Assembly: GCA_964247055.1 (NCBI GenBank)
Contig: OZ176052.1
Span: 4,712,001-4,776,000 of the forward strand
DNA length: 64,000 nt
Direction of reading: 5' to 3'
Source of the DNA: Paragordius varius
Lineage: Eukaryota > Animalia > Nematomorpha
Part shown: one piece after another, positions 36,882 to 49,251 of the stretch
How positions within the stretch are numbered: the stretch's first letter is position 1
Layout of the letters: every line of letters starts with the position of its first letter
The notes under the pieces: model-generated
The model's database searches: none
Told to the model about the DNA's origin: nothing
The model's input: only the letters and a program-made list of their open reading frames with translations
Position numbers and translations under genes: made by a program

Positions 36882-39017
36882 TAAGGTGACCAGATTTTTT
36901 GAAGGAAAAAGCGGGACAAATCTGAGAAAATGGGGGGGGGGGGGGTTAGACTTAAAAATTTTCATACAAAAAATTTATTTTAATATTTATTTATTAACAC
37001 AAATAGATTATAAATATAAAAAAATATTTTATTCTTTGGTGTATATTTTTATTTGAATGAATGCTTTTTAGCAGATTGTCATCATTTTTTAAAATATTGT
37101 ATAAGTCTACACAAGAATTTGTCGAATTATATTTGACAGATAAAATGGCCTTTAAAATTTCAACATTTAAATTTGATTTTTCCGAAATCCACATCACTGT
37201 ATTTTTTTCTGTTGACCATAATTTAAGTTTTCATTATTAATATATTTTTATTTATTGATACCTCGGGAAGATCATTTTTTAAAAGATTACTTTTTGGGAC
37301 TTTTTGGGAGATGCAGATGTAATCAAATGATTTTTCAACATCAACCAATTAAATTCTGGTTTTAATGCTATCTAAAGAAAAATATTCAATTTCATTGAAT
37401 TGTACCGTTCAGTCTTCCAAATAATCTTTACAGTTTGTATAAAACATTTTTATATGGTACAGGGTAACTTGACGATATTAATTTTTTTTTAAAATATTGC
37501 GGATGGTTAATGGTATAAAATTATTTTCTACCTTTCTTGACATTGCAATTTTTAATTAATACCTTCATTGACTACTTCGATTGCCGAAATTTTGTCACTT
37601 TCTATCAATTTAATAACATTTTGAAAAACAAAAGCTTGATTATGTAGGAACTCTAACCATATTTTTGAAAAATCACTTTCAAAAAACTTTTCCAAAGTTG
37701 TAGGACATTTGTCCTGTAATAAAAAAGGATTTTAAATAATCATACATTTTTAAAATTCTTTCGATATCTGGCAGAAGAGCTAACCAACGAGTTTTACAAT
37801 ATCCCAGCATTTTTTGATATTGAACCTCTACATTTTCACACTTAAGCGTTTCAACGCGTACCGTGTATATATATATATAAAGGGAATATATTTTAACAAC
37901 TACATTCTCCACATCTAAGGGTAACAAATCAGGAGTTGTTTGAATAGTGTTGTGTATTTTATGCGCTGCACATCCAACGCCAAATGTTTCGATTAAGATT
38001 ATCTGCTAATTTATGAAAAATATTTTTTGTTCTCCTCCTTGCTTTTCCTCCGAAGTTCGTATTGGAGTTGTCAGCGCAATATGCGATGATTTTGTCTTTT
38101 ATATTATTATTTTTTAGAATATTCATTATTGAAGTAAAAATTAAATCGTTTTCACCGGGTAGAGAAATAAAATCTAAAATATTAATTTTTACTCCGGTTT
38201 CTGGATCAAAATTATAAAAGTGGGAAATAATTTAGTTTCCTTGAGAAATGCATCAGAGAATAGCGAAATTAATTTTTAGCAAATCTTTTTGTATTTCAGA
38301 AAATGCATATGGCGAAAGGACATGGAATACAATTGATTCAGCCTTTGTACGAGACATGTAATTTTTTATTGAATAAGGTACGAATAACCTGTGAGGTACA
38401 ACCCATAGATCTAAAGGAATGATTGTGATTAACGGCGTGAAAAGATAAAACGCTTTCGGCTAGAATTCTTTTCTTCCTCTCCAAAAGGGGTCTTTCAGTA
38501 AAAATCGCTCATTTTGTAATGATGCCGGGATATCTTAACATTTATTATGTTTTTGTGATGCTTTGTAATATCATGCTTGCCGCCATATGCTAGAGTGGGA
38601 TTCATTCTTGGTTTTTTTGTAAAAGAAAATTCTTTCAATTCATCGTTGAATTTACAACCTCTTGTACACATATTTTTAAACTAATATTAGTATAAAAAAT
38701 ATTATATTACTTCAATTTTCTGAGTAAACGTATAAGCTACCGATTTGTGGTATTAATTTGTCTTTTTGATAATGTTGGCAGTAGGAGTAGGAAGCTAAGT
38801 TTATAATCATATGATATAAATTCGAAAAAAATAAATATTTTTTATTTAAAAATAAAAAATGTTAATTTGAAATTGATATATATTTTAAAGATAACTAATG
38901 ATAAAATATTTAAACGGATAAAAATAATTTTTTTTAAAAAAATTTAAATGCATTTAAAAGAATTTCTTTTATATAATCGTGAAAAAGCGGGACTGTCCCG
39001 CCAAAAGCGGGACGTCT
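36882..39017 (-). mobile_element. Decayed hAT element of a different subfamily (Tip100/hATm-like)
   Basis: End TAAGGTGACCAGA with AAAAGCGGGAC subterminal repeats at both ends (about 36907 and 38983-39012). Transposase fragments CKTRWLALLPDIERILKMYDYLKSFF (37679-37927) and WISEKSNLNVEILKAILSVKYN (36994-37197). Confidence 0.75.
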
Positions 39018-41961
39018 ACTTCATGATATTTTAAAGCTGGTAGAAATATAAAAGTTTCTTAACTTATTATAAAAAAACACTTTCTATATAATACGTTGAT
39101 AAACATTTCTATGACCTCAGAAACTTAATTTAAAAGTTCGTTTGCTTTTATATGGGTTTTTTGTAAAAAGCGATTTAAACGAATATTCGGGTGATAGAGA
39201 TGTTCAGCGTAATTATATAAAAAAGTGTTTTTTTAATATTTTTAAGCGTTTTTCCGTTTCCATCATTATGATGTACGCTTCGACAAAATTTTGTTAGGAA
39301 TTAAATTTTTTTAAAGAAAATATCCATTTTTTCGAAAAAAAGGTTTTTCGGCCTTAAAATTAGCATATATTTAAAATTTTGATCGCGCAATCACGGCATT
39401 TTTTATTTTATTATTAAACATTTAACCCATATCGGAAGGGTAAAAAAATTGTGACTTTCAGAGCCCTCATCTAAAAATTAAAATTTTATGAAAATATTGA
39501 TTTTCTTTTTATATGTAGTATGACATCTTTTAGTTATATTTTTGTAATGAAGGCTTTAGCTTTCACCAAAAAAAATTGATAATGTGTGAGCGAATTTTGT
39601 GATCTTTTGATATAAGCAGTTACTACAAAAGTGTTAATAATATTCTTAAATTACTCGTAAAGGTTAAAACCAAAGTACCATGATAATCCTGATAAATTTT
39701 CCTATGAAATATACATATTTTATCAGAATGTGTTTGGTTGACACTATTTATATGTTTAAAAGTTGTTAATAGATTATTCTTAACACTTCATTACCTTGGG
39801 TAATATTATATCCTAAAGAAATTTGATCTTATTGTTTAAGGTATTAAGCCGAATTCGATAATATGCTTTCTTTAGTTTTTTAGGCGCATTATACTAATTC
39901 CAAAAAAATTTAAAATTGTAAAAATACCCTCGTCTCAAACTTTGCCGTCATTTTTTTATAAATTTTTTAAAGCGCTAATTATGGTTAAAAAATGTAAATT
40001 AACTTTAAAAAGCTTTCAGGCTACATTTAACCAGCAAAAAATTAATATATTTTGATTTTAATATCGGCTGTTTTTTTAACCCAGTTTTGGAGTTGTCCCA
40101 ATTTAGACTTTAGGCACAAAACTGTAAAATATTTAAGGTTTTTAAATTACATGAGAAAAATGTTAGATAATTAAATTTTAACAATAATAATTTTCCAAAC
40201 TGTTACAAAATTGAACTCTGGGATATAAAACTACCCCAAAAGTTAAACTAGTACAAAAAAAGTGAAAGGGTAATAAAGTGTCAATAATCATTACAAATCA
40301 GTCGAACCCTACTTATTTGACGTCAATTGTAGAAAGAAGAACCGCTTGAAAAATTTTCTTGTGTGAATTTATAAAGATTGATTTGATTGAAGCCTAATTG
40401 CAACAGACAAATTATTATCAAAAGAATTATTAGCAATGATAACCGTGTTGAATTTTAGATATCAAGGTGTTTCGATTAGAACAGATTCACGCCACTTTTA
40501 CTTTCAATTGTGATGGAGAATCATCAGAAAGATGCGAAAATTAGAAACTTTGATTTGTACGGGTAGTTAAACAAGGAGAGGACAAGATATACAAAATGTT
40601 ACATGGGTCTTATGGAAGTTGAATGAAAAAGATTGAAATGTTGAAGGTTTTTGTTAGCTAGGTAAATATAATAATCGGTCTCTACCTAAGAATATAGTCA
40701 TTCGTGCAATCATTTAGTTTCCGAATCGAAAAAATTGTAACTAAATTAGGAAATTAAAACCAATTAATGCTTCTACCAGAATAGTAATAGACGATAAAGT
40801 TTAAATTTATGAATTGTACTCGTTTGTGGAACCACCCATGATGTGTATTTCTGACAGACAACTTTTCTTGGCCCTTGGCTTCACGGGTAAAATTTTATAA
40901 ACCCATGGGCATAAATTAATGTAGTAACATGATACTTCATTTTTTTATAAATGTAAGACAACAACTAATTTATTTTATCATTTAAAACTGCTGACTATTT
41001 GGTTGACAATATTTAAAAAGTCGTATTTATATAAAATTTTAATTCTTGTCCCCCTTCTGTTTTTAACAAGCTAATACATATTTGTTATTTTCTCAAAAAA
41101 ATAATTAATGGTTACCCTTACGGTGTCAAAAATGATTTTTATGTTTGTGTTAACAGCATAAATGCTTTAACTTTGGTTGAAAAAAATTATCGGCTATTCG
41201 AAAATTTATCAAACAATAATGTAGTGTAAAAATCCTTTTTTATAAAACTCTATGTAGAAATGATATTGTTTATAAAATACAATGGTTAATAAGTAGCATT
41301 TCTTTGATTTTGAAAGCTCAATACTTAAAAATAATTAATACTTTATTTGTTTAAATTATTCTTTTAATTTAACCCATCATTATAAGATAAAATATTTAAG
41401 TTTATGAAACATTGTAAATATGGATTTTGGTTATATTTTAAATTTTTTCTCAAAAACGGAGCGGTATTGGAAACCGTAGTCCTAGAACCTCATTTATTTT
41501 GGCAAAAAAATGAGCTATTAACCTTAATAAATAAACAAAATCTATTCTCCTTTATATTTAAATAATTTGGATCAACGAAACTACAGTTAATATATTATAA
41601 CTTCATCGTATTTAAAGCCTATAATTTATTAAATCCCATAAATTATTACATTTCAAGTTTCATATTTTACTTTATAATAGTGAATGGTTGAAAATAATTA
41701 TTTTTCACATTGTTTAAAATGAAAGATGAGAATTAGACAATAGGTCGTCATTTACAGCATGATTAAGTAACATCCCTATAATTATATAGACATCAGAAAC
41801 TCATTTAATATTGGTGAGTATAATATAAAATGAAGATAGATTTTTAAGTATTGGCAAATATGCTAATAATAAATTTATAATCCGTAACATATTAACATAT
41901 CAAAAAATGTTTGGATCTAACATAAATAGATGAATCAACCAAAATTAAAAATTATATTTAT

Positions 41962-43316
41962 TCAACTATTATGCCATCTTAAATGAGCTTTAAGGTGAGA
42001 AGATTTTGCATAAGTTTTCCCACAACCGGCAACATGGCAATTGTGTATGGTGTTGCATATTGAGTTGGAATCTACAAAATGAAATGATCATTTAAGTCAA
42101 TAGTTTGAAAATTAAATATTTTCTAAGAAAACTAACCAGTAAAGCTTGGCGTATTATTATAATATATGTTGATTATCAATATTCATAATTTTTTATTTCA
42201 AACGTAATTTCAGTATGTATTGCGTTAAACTTCATATATTTATTATAAAATATTCAGATAAAATAGGGTATTTTCCTCTAAACGCTTTAATAAAAAATGA
42301 TTACTTTTTATGAAAGTGCAACAGTTCGGACATTGACAAGGTAGGGTTGAATTCGTTCGTCTCATCTTTTTAGGGGAAGACTTTGATATTTTTCCACCAA
42401 TTTTTATTTTATTTTCTGCATGTTTTCGGTTCTTTGTTTCAATTGTCTGGGTTGAATCTGTTAGGGATGCCGTTGTTGTGATTGATTTTATAAGGTCCTG
42501 AAAAAGTTCTTTATCGACCCTCCCTGATGTTGTTACATTCATATTTTTTGTATCATATTTATTAGCTCGGTCTTGAGGGTTAGTAGTTATTGGAATGGAG
42601 ACTTCGGATTTACTGTTAAAAATAATTTCATCAATAAGGTTATCCAGGGCTAAATCCTCTATTGTCGATTCAATCTTAATCAATAGTTCAGAGGATTTTT
42701 CGGAATGTGTGTTCTGACGATCTAAATTATCCGGAAAACTTTTATGGAATTGTTCATTTTTTTGATTATTTCTAAAATTTTGGGAGTGTGAAGTGATTAA
42801 AATGTTTGAATTATATAATGTTTCATCAATATTTTCAACAGTGTTTCCATAATCCATATAATTATTTTCTACAAGCGTATAATTATTATATATTATTTCA
42901 TTATTTTTATCATTAAAGAGCATAGTGTTAGGTGATGATCTGTAAGTTTGAAACTCCGGAAAATTTTGCATATGTGTTGCCGTATTTAAATGCAATGGTA
43001 AAGCAACCTTTTCAAAAGAATTTTTAGTTCTATTTAAACATGATAAATGATTACATTCCCATTCTTGTTCATGAATTCCGATGTCATAACAACAATAATG
43101 TTTTAAGTTTATATTCTGTGACAGTGTTAAGGGATTATTAACACAAAACTCTTCATCATTTTGTGCGGAATAACTATAGGTATGGCTAAAATTTTGATCA
43201 CTAAATGTTTTTGAAGTGTTGTTTACAGTTAAAGTTTGATTACAGTAAAAATTATCTACGTAATTTAATGATTTTTCTAAACCGAAAAAATTGTTAGATT
43301 CACAATATGACATCAT
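41962..43316 (-). CDS. Sp/buttonhead-family C2H2 zinc-finger transcription factor (3' end unresolved)
   Basis: The large Asn/Ser/Thr-rich exon ends in a buttonhead box CQCPNC (42321-42338). The next exon (from 42071) encodes [25 protein letters not shown], the canonical Sp/KLF finger 1. Confidence 0.85.
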
Positions 43317-43961
43317 AATCAAAAAAATTTAGGTGATTGGATTTTATATTTCTTAAAATGAAATATTATAAAAATCAAAAAGATTTTTCCTATTTATACC
43401 TACCACCTTGCTAATGGAACCATAATTTTAATCTGTTATACTAATTTCTCTTTTAGGGAGGGATATTGGAAAATTTGTGTTGTTAAGATTCACTTTTATA
43501 ACCAGATAATCAATTTGTCAAGTGGTTATAAGAAAATGTATTTATAAAATGTGGTTGGTTATGTTCCGGACACACGACACGCTTTTAAAATTTCCCTAAT
43601 CTTAAATCAAAAATCAACCAATCTATAGTACAAAATTGTCATTTGATTTTTATAATAAATAAATTGATTTATTTTTTTATTCCCAATGCTATAATTAATG
43701 CGAAATTAGGTTTCTATAATCGTTAAAAAGATATAATTAAGAGGTGAGAAATTTTATAAAACAATATATTGTAAATTGAAAGGGTTAATTTTTGCGTGTA
43801 CATGAGACTTAATAGCTCCTTCCTATGTTTATGTACCTTTATTCTTTTAAGATTAATTAGGGATAAATAATCCATTGTAATGATAATTATAATATGATTA
43901 TTAATCAATCATTTTCTTTTGTTTTAACATTTTATGTTATATATGTTGGTAATTATGTATG

Positions 43962-43968
<7 letters not shown>

Positions 43969-43993
<25 letters not shown>
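43969..43993. repeat. (AT)n microsatellite
   Basis: Uninterrupted AT dinucleotide run. Confidence 0.9.
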
Positions 43994-44003
<10 letters not shown>

Positions 44004-45179
44004 GATCCAAAATATAAAATTGAATATTGTTAAAACGTATATATTTAAGTACAGTATGAGAATTTAAATAAAGTTATAATTTAAAATATATTTACGCATT
44101 GAAAAAAGTCTGGCTTTTGTTTGGAATATTTACATATATATTTATATAATCTATGGTTAAAAAATTATTCATAAATGTTTTTTTAGTAGCTTAGTACGTA
44201 CCCTAAGAAATGTTTTCACTTATCAAATGTTGCAAATGATATATCAAAAAAATATAACTCATATTTATGCCAAACTTTGCATTGAATTTAAAAGTGAGCT
44301 TGAAAAATGTAAATGATAGACTTTAGCACAATTTGTAGAAAAGTTTGATGATATTTGGGGGCATGTTAATGAACCTTAAGCCAGGCATTATGAGAATGAG
44401 CTGGCTGAAAAATAACGCAAGTAAATGGTCCGAAAAACCAAAATGGCTTAATATTTGAAATAAATAAATTTGAAACCGCCATTTTGGGGGTTTGATTTTT
44501 TACATGGCCTATGTTTGGATAAATTTAAAACAATATTATTATTTTATTAGTTTTTACTTATAAGCAAAGATTTACAATTTTTGTTGAGCAATCACTTGCA
44601 GAATTTTCAATCTTTAACCGCCGTTAAATATTTTAGCAATGAGAAATGTGATTAAAACTTGCTGCTTGAAGCACATTCGCCAAAAACTTGTCCAATAATA
44701 GCATAATTATAGTTGATTTATTCTAAATGCAAAAAATATTACGGTTTTGTCTATCAAAACTTGAATGAATTATAAATTTTACTAGAAAGAATTCAAAATA
44801 CTTTACAACCAATTATAAATAATATTTCAAATTAAATGGGATATATATCATAAAATTTTACCATGATGTTTTTAAAATTATAAAATATTAAATTTATTTG
44901 GTTTTTTCCAAATTTTTTGCAGACCGTAAAAACATTAAGGAGGGGCCACATTCGGCCCGCGGGCCTTTACTCCAACATATATCTGTCGATTCAAAAAATA
45001 ATATATATTCACCAGATGCTTACACATGTTTATTTTGCAATTTACGGTACCGAAGTTCTTACCAATTCGAAGGATATCATAAATTAAATATTCATCGTGT
45101 GTTTGATTATTATACTTTTAGTTGATTATTTTATATTGTTTGATTTTTTCAATAAAGTTATTAAAGGCATTACAAATTG

Positions 45180-45365
45180 TTTTTGTAATATACTGAGTAT
45201 CGGGTGACTTGAATTTCAAAAGGGAAATAAAGGACTTGGATCAAATATCATTAATAATGGAGCACACAAAAACAAAAATGGTCTGATCTTCAAAGCAGGT
45301 AAACGTCGGCTACTACTTTATGGAAGCAAGACGTGGCCTATGACGATTCAAATGAGAATTGATTG
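45180..45365 (+). pseudogene. RTE-like LINE fragment
   Basis: LLLYGSKTWPMT matches the LLYGxETW motif that follows the RT domain of RTE/L2 elements. Confidence 0.55.
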
Positions 45366-45884
45366 ATATAGATAATCATAGTTTATAAAATTATTTGAGC
45401 CCACACCCTTAATTTATATCAACTTTCCCTTAAATATTATAATCAGGAAAAATAGACTATTTAAAAACAACAAACGACCTTTAACAATAGGCTAATTGAT
45501 ATCTTATCCTTATATCCTAGGGGAATGAATCGTAGAGGTAAACCAACTTTAAACAATGGCTAAGTTTTGCCAATAAAAGCGTGGCACAATGGAAAAATCA
45601 ACCATTTATATATAGATACAGTGGAGAGCCATTCCACAAAACATCTACAAATAAAAAAACACCTTTCGGAGTAAACGAGTTTTTGAGAAGCATCCAAAAG
45701 TGATTCAACCAAGACCGCGGGCTGGTTGCAGGAGGTTTGTAGGCCAGAGTGTTTAGAATAACCATAATTAAAGTTTTTTATTCAAATTTTAACCAACGGC
45801 ATCATGTATGGAATAAGATGCTTAGTGGCAACCTTCAAACACGAAGAAAAGCATTAAAGTAAGTAATCATAAATATTGCAATAC

Positions 45885-47389
45885 TCAAAGTTTTCGCATG
45901 ATATTATACACATTTTTTTATTTTTAAATAAACAGCATTAACAAGAATTAATGAGATAAAATATAAATTGATAATTGTAAATGCCGTGATGGACAACACG
46001 TTGGGCGTATCGATTGACATATTGATCGCACCAGTTATGAGATTTGCTATAATAAATATAAACAATCCGTTCGAATTCCATTTCGCTAAATGTGACTCAA
46101 GCGTTATTATTTCACCTAAAAATAAAATATTTTTTTATAAATTTATGGTATTTCATGCATAATAATATATATTACAACCTGATAATCCAAAGAAATGACA
46201 AATCCACACTGAAATTGAAATGAGCCAAATTTGAAAAACATTGGCAAACAGCTAGAAATTACATAAATTTAGATTTACGATAACTATGATGTATTCCAGG
46301 TTACATATTCTTCTGGAAACATTTGAATACTTGACGCATAGCGCAAAAATAATCGTGAACAGGAGCGTAAAGCTTGTTAAATCTTTTACCACTCTAAAAA
46401 ATTACACTAATTTTAAATTAATGGATTACTTTGGAAAATTTGATTTATTCAGACTCATAAAGATTTTATGGCCAATGTAAAATATAATCATAAATCCAAT
46501 CAACGATAGAAATCCTTCCCGGTTTCTCATAAACCAACTCGCTTTATCGCTACGTGCTAACAAAGGATCCATTTCAAAGAAAGTAATATACTTTCTGGAG
46601 TATAATATGTAATGTTGAAACAAACACAATAACATTACTAAAATCCATGATGTGTGTTTGATAGAAAATTTATTATATAGAAGTATCTCAAAAATTTTGA
46701 CAATGTGACATAAAAACTAAAAAAGTTAATATTAATATATACTTTTACGCAAGCTAGAGTTATAAAAAAATTCCAATGTACTCCATATTCGCTAACGTGT
46801 TCATGGTAATTAAGAAATTTTATTATTAACGTCCTGATTACACCAAACGCTGCAAGATATATACACTCTTTTAGTGATTTCCTAAAAATTATATACTACG
46901 AATTAACCTCATGTTATTAAGTCTAGACATGGAGCTCATAAAAATAAAGGATCCAACCCCCAAATCCATATATCCTAATCCATAATTTTCGGCTTTGGCG
47001 TACCTTCTGGGGAAAATATCAAAATCCACGGCCAATATACAAATAATAGTCGTTACATTTACGTAGGAACGATAGTATGTACAAATGAGTTTTTTGTCCC
47101 ATATCATCGGTGTATAATTTTTCTTGCATGTAAAAAAATAAGCAAGAGGCAAAAACAAAGTTATTCCATAGACATAGTTCCATTTATTTGAAAATAATAA
47201 TAAAATTATAATCGGAATATACAAAAGATAATTGTGAATATGTTTTAAAAATTTGGTATTCAGAAAATGATAGATAATAACTATATTAATGATGGATATG
47301 GGATAAATGGAAATTAAACCAATTAAATCAATTAATGTTGTTCCTTTGAGATTTGAATAAAATTCTACTTTTTTAAGCATGGTCCACAT
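45885..47389 (-). CDS. PIGW: GPI inositol acyltransferase PIG-W/GWT1, 6 exons
   Basis: Motifs [75 protein letters not shown] and [17 protein letters not shown] are joined in frame through introns 46882-46907 (26), 46717-46742 (26), 46407-46429 (23), 46252-46278 (27) and one of about 60 nt. Start Met 47389 or 47380. Confidence 0.93.
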
Positions 47390-47549
47390 GTATTGCCCAT
47401 CTGTGTTTAAGATAATCTTATCACGGTCGGCGCCAAAATATAAAAGTTTGTTATGTAGCATTTGATACCTAATACTTCCAAATTTAAATGATAAATGAAG
47501 TTTAAAAGCTAGAAAAAATTTTATTTTAATTTTATTATTATTAGACAAG

Positions 47550-48860
47550 AAATCGCATTTTTATCGTTAAGGAATACAAATTAATACATTAAGGGAAAAC
47601 TCGTCCATTAAGTTTTATTGCCATATCAAAAGAAAATCTTAAACACTAAATATTATTAATAAAGATACATTAAGGTATTTGCAAAACTAACGAGAATTAA
47701 AATAAAAATCGAAATTGGAGTAGCGGAACTTTATAATTTATCAAATGTACAATCCGATGCCGAAAATATATCGACTCGGTTTTTTGGACAAGATTTTAAC
47801 ATAAATAATAATTTCGGCCCCATTTTGGCTTTCGATCCATGGTTTTGGGCATAAAACCGTATATAGATAATATTATTATGAAATATTATACAATTTTTCC
47901 TCATTTGTGCAAATTATCTAAAAATATCTTTCTATACCTATAGCATATAGATACTTAAATAAAATAAAAATCTTCTACCTCATAATTTTTATCATTCACG
48001 CTTGACGCCAAAGTGCAATAACTTTTCTGCCAGACTTTAAAGGAAAAAAATATATATTCTTAATTAACACTATTTTGGGTTTAGGATTACCTTTATGACA
48101 CATTTGACAAATATTTAGGTGGCTCGTCTTTTTCTATACACCAATAAAATTAAATAACTATTTTTTCTAATATTTTAACAGCATTAATTATTTCGATATT
48201 CATTAGCCTGAAAATTTTTAGCCATTGAATTTATTATGATTCAATTAGACATTTTTTTATTCACATTTTTGCCCCACATTTGCAATCGCATTTATTTAAA
48301 TTTATATTAAATAAAATTGAAAGCATGAAGCTTCTCATGGCATTCAGACGCACATACGCAGGCATTTTAGGTTTGAGATTTTTTTCAATTAACTTAAATA
48401 AATTTAAATGGGCTTCATAAAAGATATTGTTTTCATCAACTTTATATTTTGACTGCATAGCCAAATTTTTTAATAAAAGGGTTTTATGCGTGGGATTGGA
48501 TTAATACCGTTTCTCAAGCATTTTTTGTCTCTAGTTCCGATTTTAGTTGCCAACAAGGACTTTCGGACAAAATAATCCCAGAATTGCTTGATGATTATTT
48601 AATTTACAAATATTTTAAATTTTTAATACAAGGTTATGTAATTGCCGCAAGAAAATAATCAGCCACATAAATATTTTTGCATGCAACTTACAAATATTTT
48701 ATACACAATATTAATGAATAACGTTAATATCGTAAAATATTTGAAAATTACAAAATAATAACCATGTTCGGAAACATTTAATATTCTTAAGTCGAAAACT
48801 GTTTTGAAAAAAACTTGTAGGTGGTTCTTGCTATCCCTATTTTTTATCAATAATTGCTTC
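47550..48860 (-). CDS. Unidentified multi-exon coding region directly upstream of PIG-W
   Basis: Several short open segments with protein-like composition (ORF 48261-48464; [36 protein letters not shown] near 47850-47740) separated by GT-AG bounded AT-rich gaps. I could not build a unique model. Confidence 0.3.
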
Positions 48861-49251
48861 AAGCATTATAATATGATATAAACTAAAAAAATCCATACAC
48901 GAATGAATAGTTTAGAAATTAGTTTGTAAACATTTGCACATTTTTTATCATAAAGTGACTTATTTTAAGCGCAATTATGAGCCAAGAAAATTAGTGCAAG
49001 GTAAAGCACATATCTCAAAAATAAAAGGAGGTCAACAATTTTACTTTTAATTGTAAAATATGTGTTGTATGACACAATTATACGAACTTTGGTCTTAATG
49101 CTATTAAATATATTTAATGCTGCAATATATGTTTGAGATAAAATATCGGAAAACGTTTGGAGACAAAAATTATTTATTCATATTCTGCTTCCCAATAAGT
49201 AAAAATTATTTATAATTAAAGTTACAATTTTATTTGGTTCCTTCCATTTAG

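Noticed and set aside
40860-40920. CPW...FTR fragment on the minus strand as Sp finger 2
   Set aside because: It needs a frameshift, lacks the second Cys, and lacks the SDELxRH helix and His spacing.
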